Shown here: positions 58,688 to 60,032 of the stretch, piece by piece
Layout of the letters: every line of letters starts with the position of its first letter
Numbering within the stretch: position 1 is the stretch's first letter
Assembly (NCBI GenBank): GCA_022844165.1
Contig: JALHMH010000028.1
Location: 1 to 60,032, forward strand
Direction: 5' to 3'
DNA: 60,032 bases
Source: Lysobacterales bacterium
GTDB lineage: Bacteria > Pseudomonadota > Gammaproteobacteria > Xanthomonadales > SZUA-5
The notes under the pieces: model-generated
What the model was told of the DNA's origin: nothing
The model's database searches: none
The model's input: only the letters and a program-made list of their open reading frames with translations
Translations under genes and position numbers: made by a program

Positions 58688-59668
58688 ATGACTCAAGCCC
58701 GCCACCTCACTGTCGCCGAAGGCCAGCAAGGCCTCTATCACTGCGTCGCACGATGCGTGCGGCGCGCGTGGCTGTGCGGCATTGATCCGATCACGGGAGT
58801 GGACTACGAGCACCGCAAGCCAATGATCGCCTCGCGCATCCTGCAATTGGCTGGGATTTTTGCGGTCGATGTTTACAGCTACGCCGTGATGAGCAACCAC
58901 TTGCACGTGGTGCTGTCGATTGAACCGGCCGCCGCGCGCGATTGGTCTGATGAGGAAGTTGCCTGGCGCTGGGTGCAATTGTTCCCGGCGCGCGAGGAGG
59001 AACAGAACACGGCGAAAATCATCTCGTTACGCGCAGACAAAGCCGCACTTGAGGTCCGCCGCGGTCGGCTCATGGATCTGTCCTGGTTCATGCGCTGTCT
59101 TGACGAGCACATCGCGCGCAAGGCGAATGCCGAAGATGATGTGACGGGGCGCTTCTGGGAAGGCCGATTCAAATCTCAGTTGCTTGACGATGAAGCCGCG
59201 CTCGCCGCGGCGATGGCGTACGTCGACCTCAATCCGGTTCGAGCAGGGATCGCCGACAGCATCGCGAGCAGCGATCACACCAGTGTGCAGGTGCGTGCCG
59301 AGGAACTGCGCAAAGATCCCAGCAAAGCGGACGAGCCAATCCAACCCATTGCCGGCGTTCGGCTTGGTTTGTTGAAAGACCAAGCCTTCGCCAGACTGGC
59401 GATGAGCAATCGCCAGTACATTGAGTTAGTTGATTTCACCGGCCGCCAGATCAAGCCCGGCAAACGCGGCAAGATCGACGAGCGTGAGCCGACGGCGTTA
59501 AGCAAACTCGGACTCGACACCAACTACTGGACCGCGCACGTCAAAGGCGTCGGCTCTGGATATTGGCGCTTCGTTGCCAGCGTTGAAGCACTCGAAGCCA
59601 AGGCCGCAGAGTGGAAACGGAAGTGGCTCAGAGGTATCGGTTATGCCCGGAGCCTCGTGACCGGCTGA
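58688..59668 (+). CDS. Large RAYT-type HUH tyrosine transposase (Y1 family)
   Basis: YHCVARCVRRAWLCG, YAVMSNHLHVV (HUH), GRFWEGRFKS and AYVDLNPVRAG (catalytic Tyr). Confidence 0.92.
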   Translation: MTQARHLTVAEGQQGLYHCVARCVRRAWLCGIDPITGVDYEHRKPMIASRILQLAGIFAVDVYSYAVMSNHLHVVLSIEPAAARDWSDEEVAWRWVQLFPAREEEQNTAKIISLRADKAALEVRRGRLMDLSWFMRCLDEHIARKANAEDDVTGRFWEGRFKSQLLDDEAALAAAMAYVDLNPVRAGIADSIASSDHTSVQVRAEELRKDPSKADEPIQPIAGVRLGLLKDQAFARLAMSNRQYIELVDFTGRQIKPGKRGKIDEREPTALSKLGLDTNYWTAHVKGVGSGYWRFVASVEALEAKAAEWKRKWLRGIGYARSLVTG

Positions 59669-59844
59669 GATACTCACATGGGATTTTTGGCGCCGCTGGC
59701 GTCTGGAGGCGTTGGTCGCGCGCGCAAGATCACCTACCCTCGAACCACGATTCCCTTGTCGGAACGCCTTTGCGGCGTTCAGAACCGCCTACGCAGTTCG
59801 AAAACTGGGTGTCTTCGTTCTCCGCCCTCTTCGTTCTCCGCCCC

Positions 59845-60032
59845 GAGCAACGCGCCGCGCGCCTGGCAAAACTCGATCAAGCCGAAGCGCTCGGCGAGCG
59901 CTTGGCGAACAAACTGGATGCGCAAGACGAGGGTAAGCCGCAAGCCGGTCGCCGCGCCAGCGACCGCGGCGCGTACGCGCGTTTTGCGCGCGAACTGAAA
60001 GATCGCAAGCTGACGCGATTCTTCAAGATCGA
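59845..60032 (+). pseudogene. Internal fragment of an IS1634-family-like transposase, continuing beyond the window
   Basis: Manual translation EQRAARLAKLDQAEALGERLANKLDAQDEGKPQAGRRASDRGAYARFARELKDRKLTRFFKI; KLDAQD.G...GR..SD.GA..RF recalled as an IS1634 segment. Confidence 0.6.

Noticed and set aside
58303-58978. Leu/Ser-rich and Glu/Arg-rich ORFs
   Set aside because: Translations of the low-complexity array and of the strand opposite the transposase.

Overview
GC-rich bacterial chromosome window; gene content suggests Xanthomonadales (inference, no database search run). The core carries lptG-lptF/pepA, a secreted multidomain endonuclease I, cnoX, an iorAB-like molybdoenzyme, a TetR-RND efflux operon, a BNR/VPS10-like protein, an ABC-2 transporter, moxR-DUF58-tgpA-slp (slp has an in-frame TGA), an amidase, an S9 peptidase, yfhL-ggt, methyltransferases and a nitrilase. 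Both ends are accessory. Left: an IS21-like end interrupts a large RAYT-type HUH tyrosine transposase, followed by three stacked ~120-bp end modules and an RHS toxin/immunity pair. Right: a VapBC pair, an AbiE remnant, a secreted protease and an intact RAYT-type gene abutting an IS1634-like fragment. The most unusual signals are (i) the fixed-spacing end modules and 16-23-bp tandem amplifications at the edges of the RAYT-type genes and (ii) four dispersed copies of a ~240-bp multi-hairpin element bounded by CTAG-like tetramers. Product calls come from motif recognition in the translations only.
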